Source: the human T2T-CHM13v2.0 reference genome, Homo sapiens
Reading direction: 5' to 3' (one strand)
Assembly (NCBI RefSeq): GCF_009914755.1
Contig: NC_060928.1
Length of the DNA stretch: 64,000 nucleotides
Position 1 is the first letter of the stretch. The number at the start of each line of letters is the position of its first letter. Shown here piece by piece: positions 16,318-33,360 of the stretch. Below the pieces are notes generated by a model. The model was not told where the DNA came from, made no database searches, and was given only the letters and a program-made list of their open reading frames with translations. The position numbers were made by a program, and so were the translations under genes.

Positions 16318-16908
16318 CTAAGGGTTAAAAAAGAAATGGTTAGAAATATTTTCTATTTCAACATGATTTTCATATGTGCATTAGAAATTGGGGGGGGGGG
16401 GGCAGATCCTCTTGCGTAGTTCCTAAGCATAATAATTAGAAACTGGGGGGCCATTTTCTTCAAAAAATGAAATACCATTACTCTAATTATCATGTTCTCT
16501 ATAAACCAAGTGCAACTGCTTATCTGATTCTTAAAGAAACAAGGAACAGTAATAATAAGAAAATGACTAATTTCTTCCATTTGTGTTTGTCTCTATGCCT
16601 TCTTCAGAGTGTGCATGACTTCAAGATGCACATAATGTTTAAGAAGGAATACAGATGTAGCCTATATTTTACACTTATAGACTCACAAAAAGAGGTAGTA
16701 TCCTTTACAGAAATAATCATATCTAGCTCATGGACTTCCCAGCCAATTTGGGAGCTTATGCTACACATCACTAATAGATCTTCAAACTCTTCCTGCAGGG
16801 TCCAGAGAGGGTTCCCAAAACCATTGAAGCAAGTACTCCAGCTATCCACTACCAACCAGAGTTGGTATGAAAGAGACTTACTGTTCTGCCCCTAAAATGT
16901 AGAGGTAA

Positions 16909-17207
<299 letters not shown>

Positions 17208-17569
17208 AGAGTCAAGACTCTTTTGAGGATGTTCATCGCATGGAGAGGCCCATGAAAAATATGATTTGGGGGTTTAGAATAATCTTTAATAAGTAATGAT
17301 ATAGGAAATATTCACATGAAAAGAATTTAAAGTTCAAGATAAAGATATTTCAGATGAGGAATTAAAATATATCTTAAGCACAAAACTTTTATTTTTATTT
17401 CAATGTGTGGAAATATAATCTGCCTGATTTTCCAAACTACAGAGAGCCCCCATCAAGCCAACTGAAGCTCCAAATAACTTATACAAGATTCAATATGGCA
17501 CAGTGGTTTCAACACCAGACTGGGAACCAGAAGGCTAGTTTTAAGGCTATCTCTGTCATGCCCAGTTCA

Positions 17570-17956
<387 letters not shown>

Positions 17957-18312
17957 TCAACATTAAAAAAAAATTGTGTTTGTTTTTTCTTTGTGTTTTA
18001 GTTGTAGCACACTTTTTTCCACCAAAAATCTAACTAGTTGCAGAAACAACACCAATAAAACAGTTGCTGGTTGAAGTATAGGTAGGGGATGTTGTCGGGA
18101 GGTGCCCCCACTTCCATCATTCATTGTGTCCCTGTGGAGACACCGTAAGACCTTTAGGACTCCATAGAGCACAGTTGGAAACCTTCTGGATTAAATGGCC
18201 TTTAATATAACTTATAGCTCAAAATTATTCTGCCATAACTATCTTTATATTGGAATGACTGGGTGCTCAGTGAGATCCATAACGTTATGGGAACACAGCA
18301 ATAATACTTTAC

Positions 18313-18347
18313 CATGATCTAGTTTTAATCTTGTTAACAATGATCTC
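18313..18347 (-). other. Candidate 35-nt alternative (cassette) 5'UTR exon
   Basis: Minus strand reads ggctttttttctttcag|GAGATCATTGTTAACAAGATTAAAACTAGATCATG|gtaaag, in non-repeat sequence. Splice signals only; no transcript evidence available. Confidence 0.45.
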
Positions 18348-18879
18348 CTGAAAGAAAAAAAGCCACACCCTCAAATAAATTACAGAGCAATAGCTGTTAA
18401 AATGATTTACGTTTTAATACACATAATCTTTACCCAACTCTGTGAAAAGATAATTCCTGAAATGCTGCATCCTGGATAATACCTAGTAATCAAGATCATA
18501 GTGGTTGATAAAAACTACGAAAACGAATGTACAAAGTACAAGAAGGTGTGTCTTGAAATTAATTGTACACTGTCTGGACAATAGACTCCTGCATCTCTCA
18601 TCTACTAGCTAAGTAAATCCAGACAAGTATATTCAACTTTCCTGAGCCTCAGTTTCCACCTCCATAAAGCAGAAATCATTCCTGGCAGGACTGTTGTGGA
18701 GAACAGAGAAAATATTTATAAAGCACCATTCTCGACATATATTATTTGTGCAGAATTTTGAGTTTTCACTCTTTCTGTAATGGTAAAATGTCTCCCTTTA
18801 AAATGTAATACCAAGGTAATGAACATGTAAACTCTAAGAATTGAAAGCAAATTATTAATATATAAATGAAACACAGAAT

Positions 18880-19552
<673 letters not shown>

Positions 19553-20346
19553 AGAATATTTAATATTGTTATGTTTGCCATAAAAATCTTCAAGCAAAAC
19601 CTATATGTTATGTTTGTCCTGTGGCTTCACATTCCTCCTGACACAATATTGGATACTCCAGAGAACCCAGTTTGAGAAGGTTAGTTCCAGTCCAAACCTT
19701 TGATTTTACTATGGAGGAAACTGTCTTACCAAAGGTCACACAGTAGGTAGGAAACATAGTAATAAGATTTGTGGGGCAGTTTCTGGAGAAACGGGGTGGT
19801 TTCCAGACATTAATGGCGTTAATTCATTCCAGCTCCCCCCGCCCCCCAGCCTGGTACCCTGAAATTGCATAGACATCACTCACCCCATCATGGAGTCTTT
19901 ATAAAGACCAAATGGGGAAAAGTTTATAGATTCCAGTAGGAGGAAAGCTATACTGACAGAACAACTGGTTTGTTTTAATGTTTTGGGGCATGTGAATCTC
20001 ACAGCCGCTCATGACTCCGTCTTCAACACATGGGGGGACTTGAGGGCAAGCATTTATTGGATGCTTCTGGCATCATCTTAGTTTGCCTATCTTGATTTTT
20101 TTGCCCCCTCTTCTATTTGTGTCTTGACGTGTCGTATGTAGTTTTGAAAGCTGTTTCAAGTCCATTTTTGGAATGAAGCATAGCATACATAAAACACTTG
20201 AAATTAATACATTTATTTTTCGGAAAAAGATGCTCCAGTCTAATATCAAGTCATGTCCTGTTCTACTTCTCTCAGTCATAAAGCTAAGCTAAAAATAACT
20301 TTCTCACCACAACCCTCCACCAAGGAATGATAATTCCATTTCTTAA

Positions 20347-20676
<330 letters not shown>

Positions 20677-21032
20677 TAAACCAATTGCCCTCACCCAAGG
20701 ATGCTAGTACATGGGGTCCTAAAGCTGCCAGGAGACCACCAGGTTGAGAGTCAAATAACTAAGTTCTAGTTCTCGCTTTGCCACCTGAACAGTTTGACCA
20801 TGGCATGCTACACAACTTTCTGAGCCTCAGGTTGTTACCCGTACACTGAAAGATCACCATTATAAGGATTACACAAGACACAACATTTGAAAGCATCTCC
20901 TAAACTAACCATTAGCTCCTGCCTGGACTTCTACAGTAGACTCCCAGCTGGCTTCTCCCTATCCACTCAGGCCTGCTGCAATCAATCTAGGTCTCCTTAC
21001 AGGCAAAGGGACCGTTTAAAAAATATACAATT

Positions 21033-21326
21033 TGGTCAGGCGCAGTGGCTCACGCCTGTAATCCCAGCACTTTGGGAGGCCAAGGTAGACAGATCACCTG
21101 AGGTCAGGAGTTCGAGACCAGCCTGGCCAACCTGGTGAAACCCCATCTCTACTAAAAATACAAAATTAGCCGGGTGTGGTGGCACACACCTGTAATCCTA
21201 GCTACTCAGGAAGCTGAGACAGAATTGCTTGAATCCGGGAGGTGGAGGCTGCAGTAAGCCGAGATCGTGCCAGGCACTCCAGCCTGGGTGACAAGAGCAA
21301 AACTCCACCTCAAAAAAAAAAAAAAA
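21033..21326 (+). mobile_element. AluS
   Basis: Full dimer inside L2-like sequence. Confidence 0.9.
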
Positions 21327-21617
21327 GGAAGCGTTTTATCACCCTTCTGCTTAAACCCCTACACTCTCCTCCCATTGCCCTTAGACTAAGTTTGTATCCT
21401 TTGTAAGGCTTGTAAGGCCTATAAAGAGGCTCCACGTCCTCCTCCAGCCTCATCTTGTGTTACTTCCCCCTTACACATGCTGTTCCAATATTTCAGCCCT
21501 CACCAATTCCCATCTAGCCAGCTTGCACTCATCCCGAACTTCATTCCTTCTACAAAGCTATTCCTGCAGCCCCCTGTGATATGCTCCCCCAACATCATAT
21601 AATCCTTCATATAGCAC

Positions 21618-21695
21618 TAGGTTGAACCATATGAAGTTGCTATTTTATAGGACAAAAACAGTAGACTGTTGACAATTTTCTTTGGTTTAGCCTTA
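21618..21695. mobile_element. MADE2 (Hsmar2-derived MITE), degenerate
   Basis: TAGGTTGAACCATATGAAGTTGC...CAATTTTCTTTGGTTTAGCCTTA. Confidence 0.7.
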
Positions 21696-21910
21696 TAGTA
21701 ATTGCTGTAATGCTAGTCATCTTGAGTCAGTTTTAAACTCTACCAGGGAAGAATCTAGATCTGACTCATAACTAGAATCCTAGAGTTCCACACCCAATCC
21801 AAGCCAATAGTAGGCACTTAATTTTTTAATTAGTCTGAGATGTTGTTACTACCTTTTTAATGCCAAGCATATAAATTTTATATCGTCATTAATAGTTAAA
21901 AATAGTTTTT

Positions 21911-22199
<289 letters not shown>

Positions 22200-22739
22200 T
22201 CATGTTTTTCTTCAAATGCTATTGATACATTCCATAGGACTAAAATGAAAAAAATGGAATGAAAAAGAATCACTTTCATACTTTCATTTCTGGCATTTCT
22301 GGAAAGCATGAATTCTAGTAAGTGTAATATATATATAAACAAGTATAGAATTTAGCCCACTGGTAAGGTATCATTTATGGATTTTTTTTTTAAACTCAAA
22401 TGTTTTTCACTGCTTGGCAGAATAAAGGAGCTCTCAAAGGAAACCAGATAATTTGGATTTATCCCCTTTTATAGTTTTTGCCATGTGACAGCAAATCAGC
22501 TAAAGAAAAAAGATAGCATCTAAAAGAGTGCTAGACTTGAAATGGAGGAATTTTATAAGCTTCCCCATGACATTCAAAAGAAATGCATCCTGAAACATTC
22601 CCAAATCACCTTATCCTATGCCACATCCAACGATGTCCCTCATGAAATGAACACAGCCAAGACCAAGTCTAAACCAAATTGAGATGGTATATGTGGTAGG
22701 CTAGGTGAACTCACAACCTAAGTAACATAATAATATTAA

Positions 22740-22965
22740 TAATAGTAATGACCATCAACATTCATTGAATGTTTATCATGCACCAGGTATGGCACTAAGC
22801 ATTCCACATACATCGTCTTATTTAATCATTGCTACAACCTCATGAAGCAAGATCTATGATGCTACTCATTCTGGAGATGCCAGAACTGAGGTATAACGAG
22901 GCTGCCCATTTGTTAAGGTCCCTTAGCTGGAAGTGAAGAAGCTGGGGTTCAAACCCCAGGCCTTC
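22740..22965. mobile_element. MIR SINE fragment
   Basis: cattcattgaatgtttatcatgcaccagg...ttatttaatcattgctacaacctcatgaag...gaactgagg...ttcaaaccccagg. Confidence 0.7.
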
Positions 22966-23359
22966 TATGGAAGAATCCAATTGCTGCTGCACTCCAATCT
23001 GGAAGAGTAGAAAACTGAAATCTGTGCTATAACAAAAATGACAAATGATTCTATATGCATTATATATTACAGCTTCAGAGTCAACATGAGGAGTTAAACC
23101 TGAATGGCAAATTCATGAATTGTTAAGGCCTACCAGGTAGGAATTTTTTCAAGAACCCCAATATTCAGCTTTAAACAGTAAATGATATTCTCAACCTAGG
23201 TTAGAAATATAGATAGGAGTTCAACTTTTTGGGTGACGAATAGAGAATATCAGATAGTCATAAATATCATGGGCTCAGAAATATCTGGTGTTCTGACTTG
23301 TTTCCTAGCTTCTTAAAAAACTATCACACTTTAGAAAGTTTTTGAGGACTCAGAGACCC

Positions 23360-24060
23360 CACAAAATGAGTAAACAAAACTGCAATTTCACTTTCTACTG
23401 CTTAGTTAATAATCTCTAATCAGACAGTTGTTTCCTGCTAACACCTAACAAAATTATCCACCTCTTTCAAATAGCAAAGAAAATGAACATACTAACATTC
23501 TTACAGTGGAAATATAATTTTACAAATAAACACAAATTACTGAATCTTTACATATGATTCACAGATGGTGGTGATGAGATTATCATGCCCCTCCCCACTC
23601 CGTCTTTGTGCACTGACATTTGACCCTTTTTATAATATGCACCTTGTACCAGTGAAACCTAAGGCACCAGTTAGTTACTCATTAAACTTGGGTGCTGAGG
23701 GCTGACTTGTACAAATTACGCTGTTAACTGCCCAGCCTGGCCTCTGTGCAGAAGTGGAAAAAAGCAATCATCATAGCTGTGAAATTCTGTCATATCGGCA
23801 GAATTGAACTACAAATTGCAGCAATTCGTACCTGACCTCTGATCTGTGAAGTTAGTCTAAACCTTTGAACCTTAGCTTGGAACCGAGAAGCAGCACTGAC
23901 TTATACAGGACAAGGTGGCTAGCAAGCGTTCTCCATCGTGAATAGTTAACACTGTGACTGTTGGTCGCCCCCCACACCCACCTCCCCCACAGAGTCATCC
24001 AGAGTAAAAGACACAAATAACGATGATCTTGAGAATGGCAGACGTCTTACAAAAAGGCAT
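23360..24060. promoter_or_regulatory. Candidate liver/gut epithelial enhancer
   Basis: Repeat-free sequence with three DR1 nuclear-receptor-like sites (23614-23626, 23833-23845, 23859-23871), HNF1-like GTTACTCATTAAA (23674-23686), KLF CCCACACCC (23971-23979) and forkhead GTAAACA (~23369). Confidence 0.5.
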
Positions 24061-25270
24061 TTGGAACAAATCTAATACAAGTATACAATTTCAGGATGCA
24101 AGTCTTTTTAAATGAATATGTCAAAATAAGAAAATGGAATCTGCAATAACTGAAATTCTTGGATATTTAATACTTTGTGATATGTACATTAAAAAATTTC
24201 CTTTACAAATTAGACCAAAGTAGAGTTCAAAATGAAATATTTAAATACATTTTTAATCAAATGGTGCCATCTCTCATTTGTCACATTTTAAAATAAACAT
24301 ATTACCTAATCTCTGTTATAAAATACAAACCCATATTAAGCCACCTTTGGCAAAAAGCAATCAGGGAAAACCAGTTACACTTTTCTTTGAACCCAAACTT
24401 ATCTTTTGACACTAAATATCAGATGTAGGCTAATAAAAAGTATAAGAATATGCATTTCTCACATATACATTTTGTTGCAACATTGATTCATCATAATGAG
24501 AAGGGAGAAGGGTTAAGAGAGAAGAGTATTTTTCTTTAAAAGATTAGCTTCTACTTCAAATGCTATTCAAATTGCTCCACTGCCAGACAGAAATGACTGA
24601 AGATTCTACTTCTCTGGTCATTTGAGTTAATATTAAAACAAATTTTGAATAGCATATAAAATATAACTAAACAATTATTTATAATGAAAGTGAAACTAAT
24701 GTTAATACTTTAAAGCATATAATCTACACCTAAATAATTCCATTTCATAAATTTAACTATTGGTTTGAAAACAATGATAAAAGTCTTCTTATACAAGAAC
24801 TTTACTCTGAGAGGAAATGTCATCATTGTCAACCTTTATATGCTAATTATCATAAAGTTAATTCCATTAATTTTTCCTTATTTTAATTATCACATCTTAA
24901 AATTATAATTTCCTTCTCTAAACACTGACTCTGAAATGGCTTTAAAAATCAAATATGGGCAACACTGCTGATAAATTCCTGCTTCTTACCCCATAGTTTA
25001 AATAACAGGAAACTATAAAACAACAACAATACTGTGAAGATCTAGATTTTTCAAGCATATAAAGTGAAAAGCTGTTAGAAAAACTCATTTTTTAGAAAAT
25101 GTTTTTAACTTAAGAATTTTGGTTTTACTGCTGGTAAGGCAGACTGTGCAGCAGTTGAAATTCTTACCAACTTCCAAATTTTTTTGGGGGGGTCTTCAAT
25201 TAAAAAACAAACAATATGGATCATTTGTTTATCTGGTCTGATCTAAATTGCTTTAACCAAACACAGTTAC

Positions 25271-25460
25271 CTCTTCTTCTCTTCAATTAAAACAAATAAG
25301 GTTTCCCCTACCTTTCCAATCTTGATCTGGATGCGACAGGCTAACTGTAATGAAAGCTTTGCTTAAGCAACCTTCGCTCCCAATACCAGGAGCTGTGTAA
25401 CTCTGTTATACATGGCACAGGGCTCCTCATTGGTCAACGAAATGAGCTTTGGCCACTTAA
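25271..25460 (-). promoter_or_regulatory. Candidate internal promoter / alternative first exon of RBM47
   Basis: Minus-strand order: DR1/HNF4-like TGGCCAAAGCTCA (25443-25455), CCAAT (25429-25433), TATA-like GTATAAC (25405-25411), then donors AAG|GTAGGG (25312) and GAG|GTAACT (25271). Lies in an Alu-free island. Confidence 0.45.
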
Positions 25461-26571
25461 TGCCTTGGGAGTCATTTGCTAAGGGCACCTGGAATGAGCT
25501 TGAGTGGGTGGTACAGAAAGAAGGGAGGTGTTAAAACTGCCACAAAGATAATGCTCAACAGCAACCTGAAACGGAATGGAAACCCTACTGTAACTGATGG
25601 ATTTGGGGAAGGCTCAAAAGCTTTGCCACTTCATAGAGGACATTTAACAGAAATATTTTATTCAAACCCAAATAACGACCGTAAGGAAACAAATGATTTT
25701 TCAAAGTCCACCATCCTAGAACCAGATAGATGCCCATTACATTTGTACAGCTACATGCAGAGATAAAAAACAATAATGCCCACCTTGTCTAGGCTGTTGG
25801 GATTAAATAAATAAATATACGTAAAGTGTTTAGAAAAGCTCCTGGCATATAGAAAGTACTCAAAAAGTGTTACTAGGATTTCTTAGAAATGTTATATTTT
25901 TAGCAAGTGTTGCTTTTTCCCCTTCTCATTATATCTGGGGTAGGTAACTTTGGTTAAGTACCCTGTGTCTAAAAGACTGTCAACAATCATGTTTATGATG
26001 ATCAGTCTGGGAGAAAAAAAATAGGAAAAAATTACACATGAACCAAACCCTCACCTTATTTTACTTTATCAGTTTGGAGCTAGAAATTGATTTACTCATA
26101 AGAAGTGGAGACAAGTAGAAGAGGCATAGAATGAAAGAGAAGCAGGCAGTACAGCAGGATTTATGGTAATAAAACCATCTGTACACAACAACAGATCAGG
26201 AGGACCTGAGGCACTTAAGCTGAGTAAATACACTCCTTTTCAGGCAGTTATGGGATGGAACCTCATCGAAAGTCTCTCTGGAGGCTGAGTTTGTCAGTTC
26301 AGGCAATTGGGAGGTTAGAGGAAAAGGGAGCTGAAGTTGCCTGGAGGAGGTCCTGAAAGCAATGTGACTTCTGTGTCCTCTGCATCAGGATTAAAGTGAG
26401 CTCTGCAGCACATCAAGAGAGGAAGGAGAAACTAACTCCTCCTAAAACAAAAATTTCAAAAAAATGTGGTCCCCAGTTTTCCCTGAGTCATCACTGTATC
26501 ATTGTTAAGCTTATTCAGTTAAACCTTAGTAACTGGAAGGAGCCAGAGTTGGAAGTAAAAAGACCAGAATG

Positions 26572-26860
<289 letters not shown>

Positions 26861-27612
26861 CTACGCATATATTTTTTAAAAAGACAGTTTTATTACTCCT
26901 AGATAGAATAATAGCTATCGACAGTGACTATAAATTATCAACAAGTTAACATAGGGTCAAAATCCAAAACAAGTCTAAGATTATAACTATGTTAAATATT
27001 ATATAAAACTAAATCGCTATGTTCTGGCTGAAGGAACTCTGAAGCAGTCAGTTACTAAGGCAGTGTTTTCAAAAACTACTGATTTCAGACAAATTTAAAT
27101 TCCTCTCGACTACAAATGGGACTCAGAAAGTCTGTTTTTCTATAAGAGTAATTTAGTATATTATATAAGAAAAAGTTCTGGCATGTTTTAAGCATTAGAG
27201 AGTATTCTGAGATTGAGGTTTGGTGTGAGTGTGTGCACGTGTGCTCCTATACCAAATGCTACCAAAAAATAACTTAGGCAAAAACATAGGAAATAAACCA
27301 TCTCAGGATGATGAATTTTAAGACTAAGGGGGTAAGGAGAGAGCAATTTTTCACTGAATACCTGAAAACAACAATTACAATTATGGGCTGCCCTAAATAA
27401 AAAATGAGCAAATTTTTCCTGCCTTGGCTTTGAACAAAGTTAATTTAAAAAATACATGCACATAAACATACTAGTTTTAACAAACTCAAAAAATATAGAA
27501 AAGTACACAGAAAAAGCAAGTCACCCCTTCTACTGATAGTAAAAGTGGCTCCTACTACACAGCCCTCTGTATAGGCACGTGTGCATCACAGTAGAAAAGT
27601 CATGCCACATGA

Positions 27613-27939
<327 letters not shown>

Positions 27940-28286
27940 TAACTTCTGTATAGCTCTGGCTTGCAACAAGCTTAAATCATCCCTGGAGGAGTGATCCTTT
28001 GTCTTTTACAAAGCATCTTTGATTTAGAGTAGAGTGACAGCAGGCAGTTCTGAGGTCTGAGGCTGTGGAGAAAAGGAAAAAAAAGTACAGACGCAAAACA
28101 GAAGCCTGGGATGAGATAAGCTCTGAGGTAGATTTGGAAAAAGGGGTAAGAAACAGGACTCAGGTCCAGGAGAGGAAGAAATGGAGCATAGTAAGACATG
28201 ATTATGTGGCCTATTTCAGATAGGATCTATTAAGGCCACTGTGGCATCCTGGTAAGAGAGTTATTATTATTAGTTATTACTTTCTT

Positions 28287-28406
28287 ATTTTTAGAGACAG
28301 GTCTTGCTATGTTACCCAGGCTGGTCTCGAAATGCTAGGCTCAAGTGATCTGCCTGCCTTGGCCTCTCAAAATGCTGAGATTAGACATGAACCCCCATGC
28401 CCAGCC
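28287..28406 (-). mobile_element. Alu left monomer (FLAM-like)
   Basis: Single antisense arm. Confidence 0.75.
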
Positions 28407-28889
28407 TACTTTTTAGTTTAATTATCTAAAAGCTAAGATATAGCCAATGCAAAGATTATGTGTGTATTTGCTTTTGTATATAGTAGTAGCATATCATTTT
28501 CCACAAGTATATTTGACACTATTTAGAATTTCAAGCCTTTGCTGAAACTGTTTATTGTATTAACACATGACTAAAGCATAAAAGAAATTGCACATATGTG
28601 TGCGCATAGACATTCAGATGGTAGCCTTCACCTGAAAAGGTGTCAAACACTGATAATGAAATCACATAACTGTATTGGTGGTATCAGCAATAATAGTTGG
28701 CTAAGAAGCTAATTAACCAGTATTGAAAAACAGATGAAGTATAAAGCAGTATCCACAAGCCTATATGATTAAAGCACCATAGTATTTTCTTTCGGTTAAT
28801 TTGTCTATTATCCTATTATAGCATCAACAGTCACAGAGAAGGAAGAATTAAACAATGGACATTGTCATATCTGAAATGAGTGTTCCTTA

Positions 28890-29294
<405 letters not shown>

Positions 29295-29304
29295 TCATTT
29301 TTGT

Positions 29305-29418
29305 TTTGTGATAGAGTCTAGCTATGTTGCTCAGGCTGGTCTAGAACTCCTGGGCTCAAGTGATCCTCCTCCCTCAGCCTCCTAAGTAGCTGGGACTACA
29401 GCTGCACCATTGTGCCCA
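29305..29418 (-). mobile_element. Alu monomer (FAM/FLAM-like)
   Basis: Single antisense arm. Confidence 0.7.
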
Positions 29419-29597
29419 GAGGTACAACTGTTTTAAAGATTAAAATTATTCATCACATCCACCTGTAATAAAATAACTATAGCTAACTCCTACATACAGC
29501 CCTTGTCCTTCACCAGGCACTGTTCTAAGTGTTTCGCATATATTAACACAGGCAACCCCCATACATAGGTTGAGGCAGGTACTAGTATCATCTCCAT

Positions 29598-29899
<302 letters not shown>

Positions 29900-30716
29900 T
29901 CATCTCCATTTTATAGATGAGAAAACAAGAAATAAAGTAATTGGTCCAAGACCAACAGCCAGCAAATAAGTAGTGGAGTGAGGATTCAAACCCAGGCATT
30001 CTGGCTCTTAGAGATCACACTTTACCGCCTCAAGCTAAGTAGATAATCTTCTTTCTTTCCTCCTAATTAGCTACCTCTCTACCTACCTACCCATGTTTCA
30101 CCTTGCTGCTCTGTCAGCCTGCCAGGGACAGGAACTTCTGTACTAACCCAGAAAAACTTTGGAACTTTGAGATGGCATCTTTGGAGCTAAGTAGGAAACC
30201 CTTTAATGTTCAATGAATGAAACCATAAGTTAAGAAAGCCACAAAATCTAATTTGAATCTAAAGAGAATTCTCTTTGCATTTTCTCTCTAAGCCCTTCCT
30301 CTACCCGAGGCAGCACTCTTCATTAATTCTTAGAAACCTGCTAGATTTTATGGCGATCCCTTTCTGTCTGTCCCTCTAACACAGCAAAATGTAGCATCTG
30401 ATAAGCTAAGTAATTATTAGTATTTACCTAATAGATTCTGTGGTAGTTTTAACAGACTTCTTAATCTTAAAAAGAGAAAGTTCAGAATACATATTGAATG
30501 CTGGTGGAGAGAAGACACCTATTACCAAGTCACATATCATGTGTAACATTATAGCCCTTTCTTCCACTTGTGCTAAGGAAAAGCCAGCTACATTGTCATA
30601 ATATGAAAAGTAGATATATTTCCTCCTGAGCCAGGAGGAACAAGGCAGTCAGGTTAACAAGGGCTCAGGAAGTGTGTGGTTTTGCCAAGTATTTTGTGAG
30701 TTTTACTCTTTAATAA

Positions 30717-31656
<940 letters not shown>

Positions 31657-31865
31657 ATGATGTGATTTCTATTAACTGGGAGCTAATAATCCTCTTGGAG
31701 AGATCATTAAATGTCTGATAATTACAACATATAGAATACACAGAAATGGAACAGCATGTGCTATCCAGACAATGGGAGCCACCACAATCAGGTGAAGAGT
31801 ATTGCTAAGACAGATCAGAGTCCATGGGGAAAGCTTCCTGGAGGAGGTATAACTAGCCTGCATTC

Positions 31866-32170
<305 letters not shown>

Positions 32171-32894
32171 TAGCCTGCATTCTTATTTACAATTGCATCA
32201 GGTTACAAACAGAGGCAATCACAAAATCCTACACTTCAAAATATGTATTCTCTGTATTTGTTTACTTTGTGATTTAAAAAGTAAAACACCTCTTTCCTGA
32301 AGAATGTTCCTTATTTCAAGAATTGAGTATTCCTAAAATTGGAATAAACCTTAGACATATTTTATAATCAGCCAAGAAACGGAAATTTTTCAGGAGCTTG
32401 ATAAGCTAGCAAGTAACTAAATGAGTTATGTGGAGTCTAAAAATCTTTGAAAATTTTTCTTCTTAAGACCTTGTGGTTCAGTTCTTATTTAAGCCTAGTT
32501 ACCTGTTCAACATATTATTTTACCACTTTGAAAAGGGAGCTCTTATTTTTTGAAAAATAAAAGTAGATATTCTAAAGAAATTTGAAAGCAATATGGAAAT
32601 AATTGAAATCATTCGAAAAAAATCAAACACTAAAACTTTAGCTGCGATGGATCTATAAATACTGGTTACGCTATTAATGATTACAGGTGAAATTAGAAAC
32701 ACGAGAACATCTTTAAAAGGTCAACTCCAAGGCTGATCAGTTTAGACGGGATGCTAAAATTAGCGAGGAGTATAAGCTCAGGAAAAAGAACAACATAAAA
32801 TGCTAGTGAAGCAAATCGTTTCGACACAATGAGCCTGATTTTCCATGAGCAAATGGTAACTTGGCAAGGCATTCAATTTTGAATTGGTTGCAAG

Positions 32895-33360
<466 letters not shown>

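Noticed and set aside
25995-26010. TGATCAGT resembling the APOBEC1 mooring sequence (also ~4054 and ~32734)
   Set aside because: Partial match, and on the strand opposite to the RBM47 transcript.
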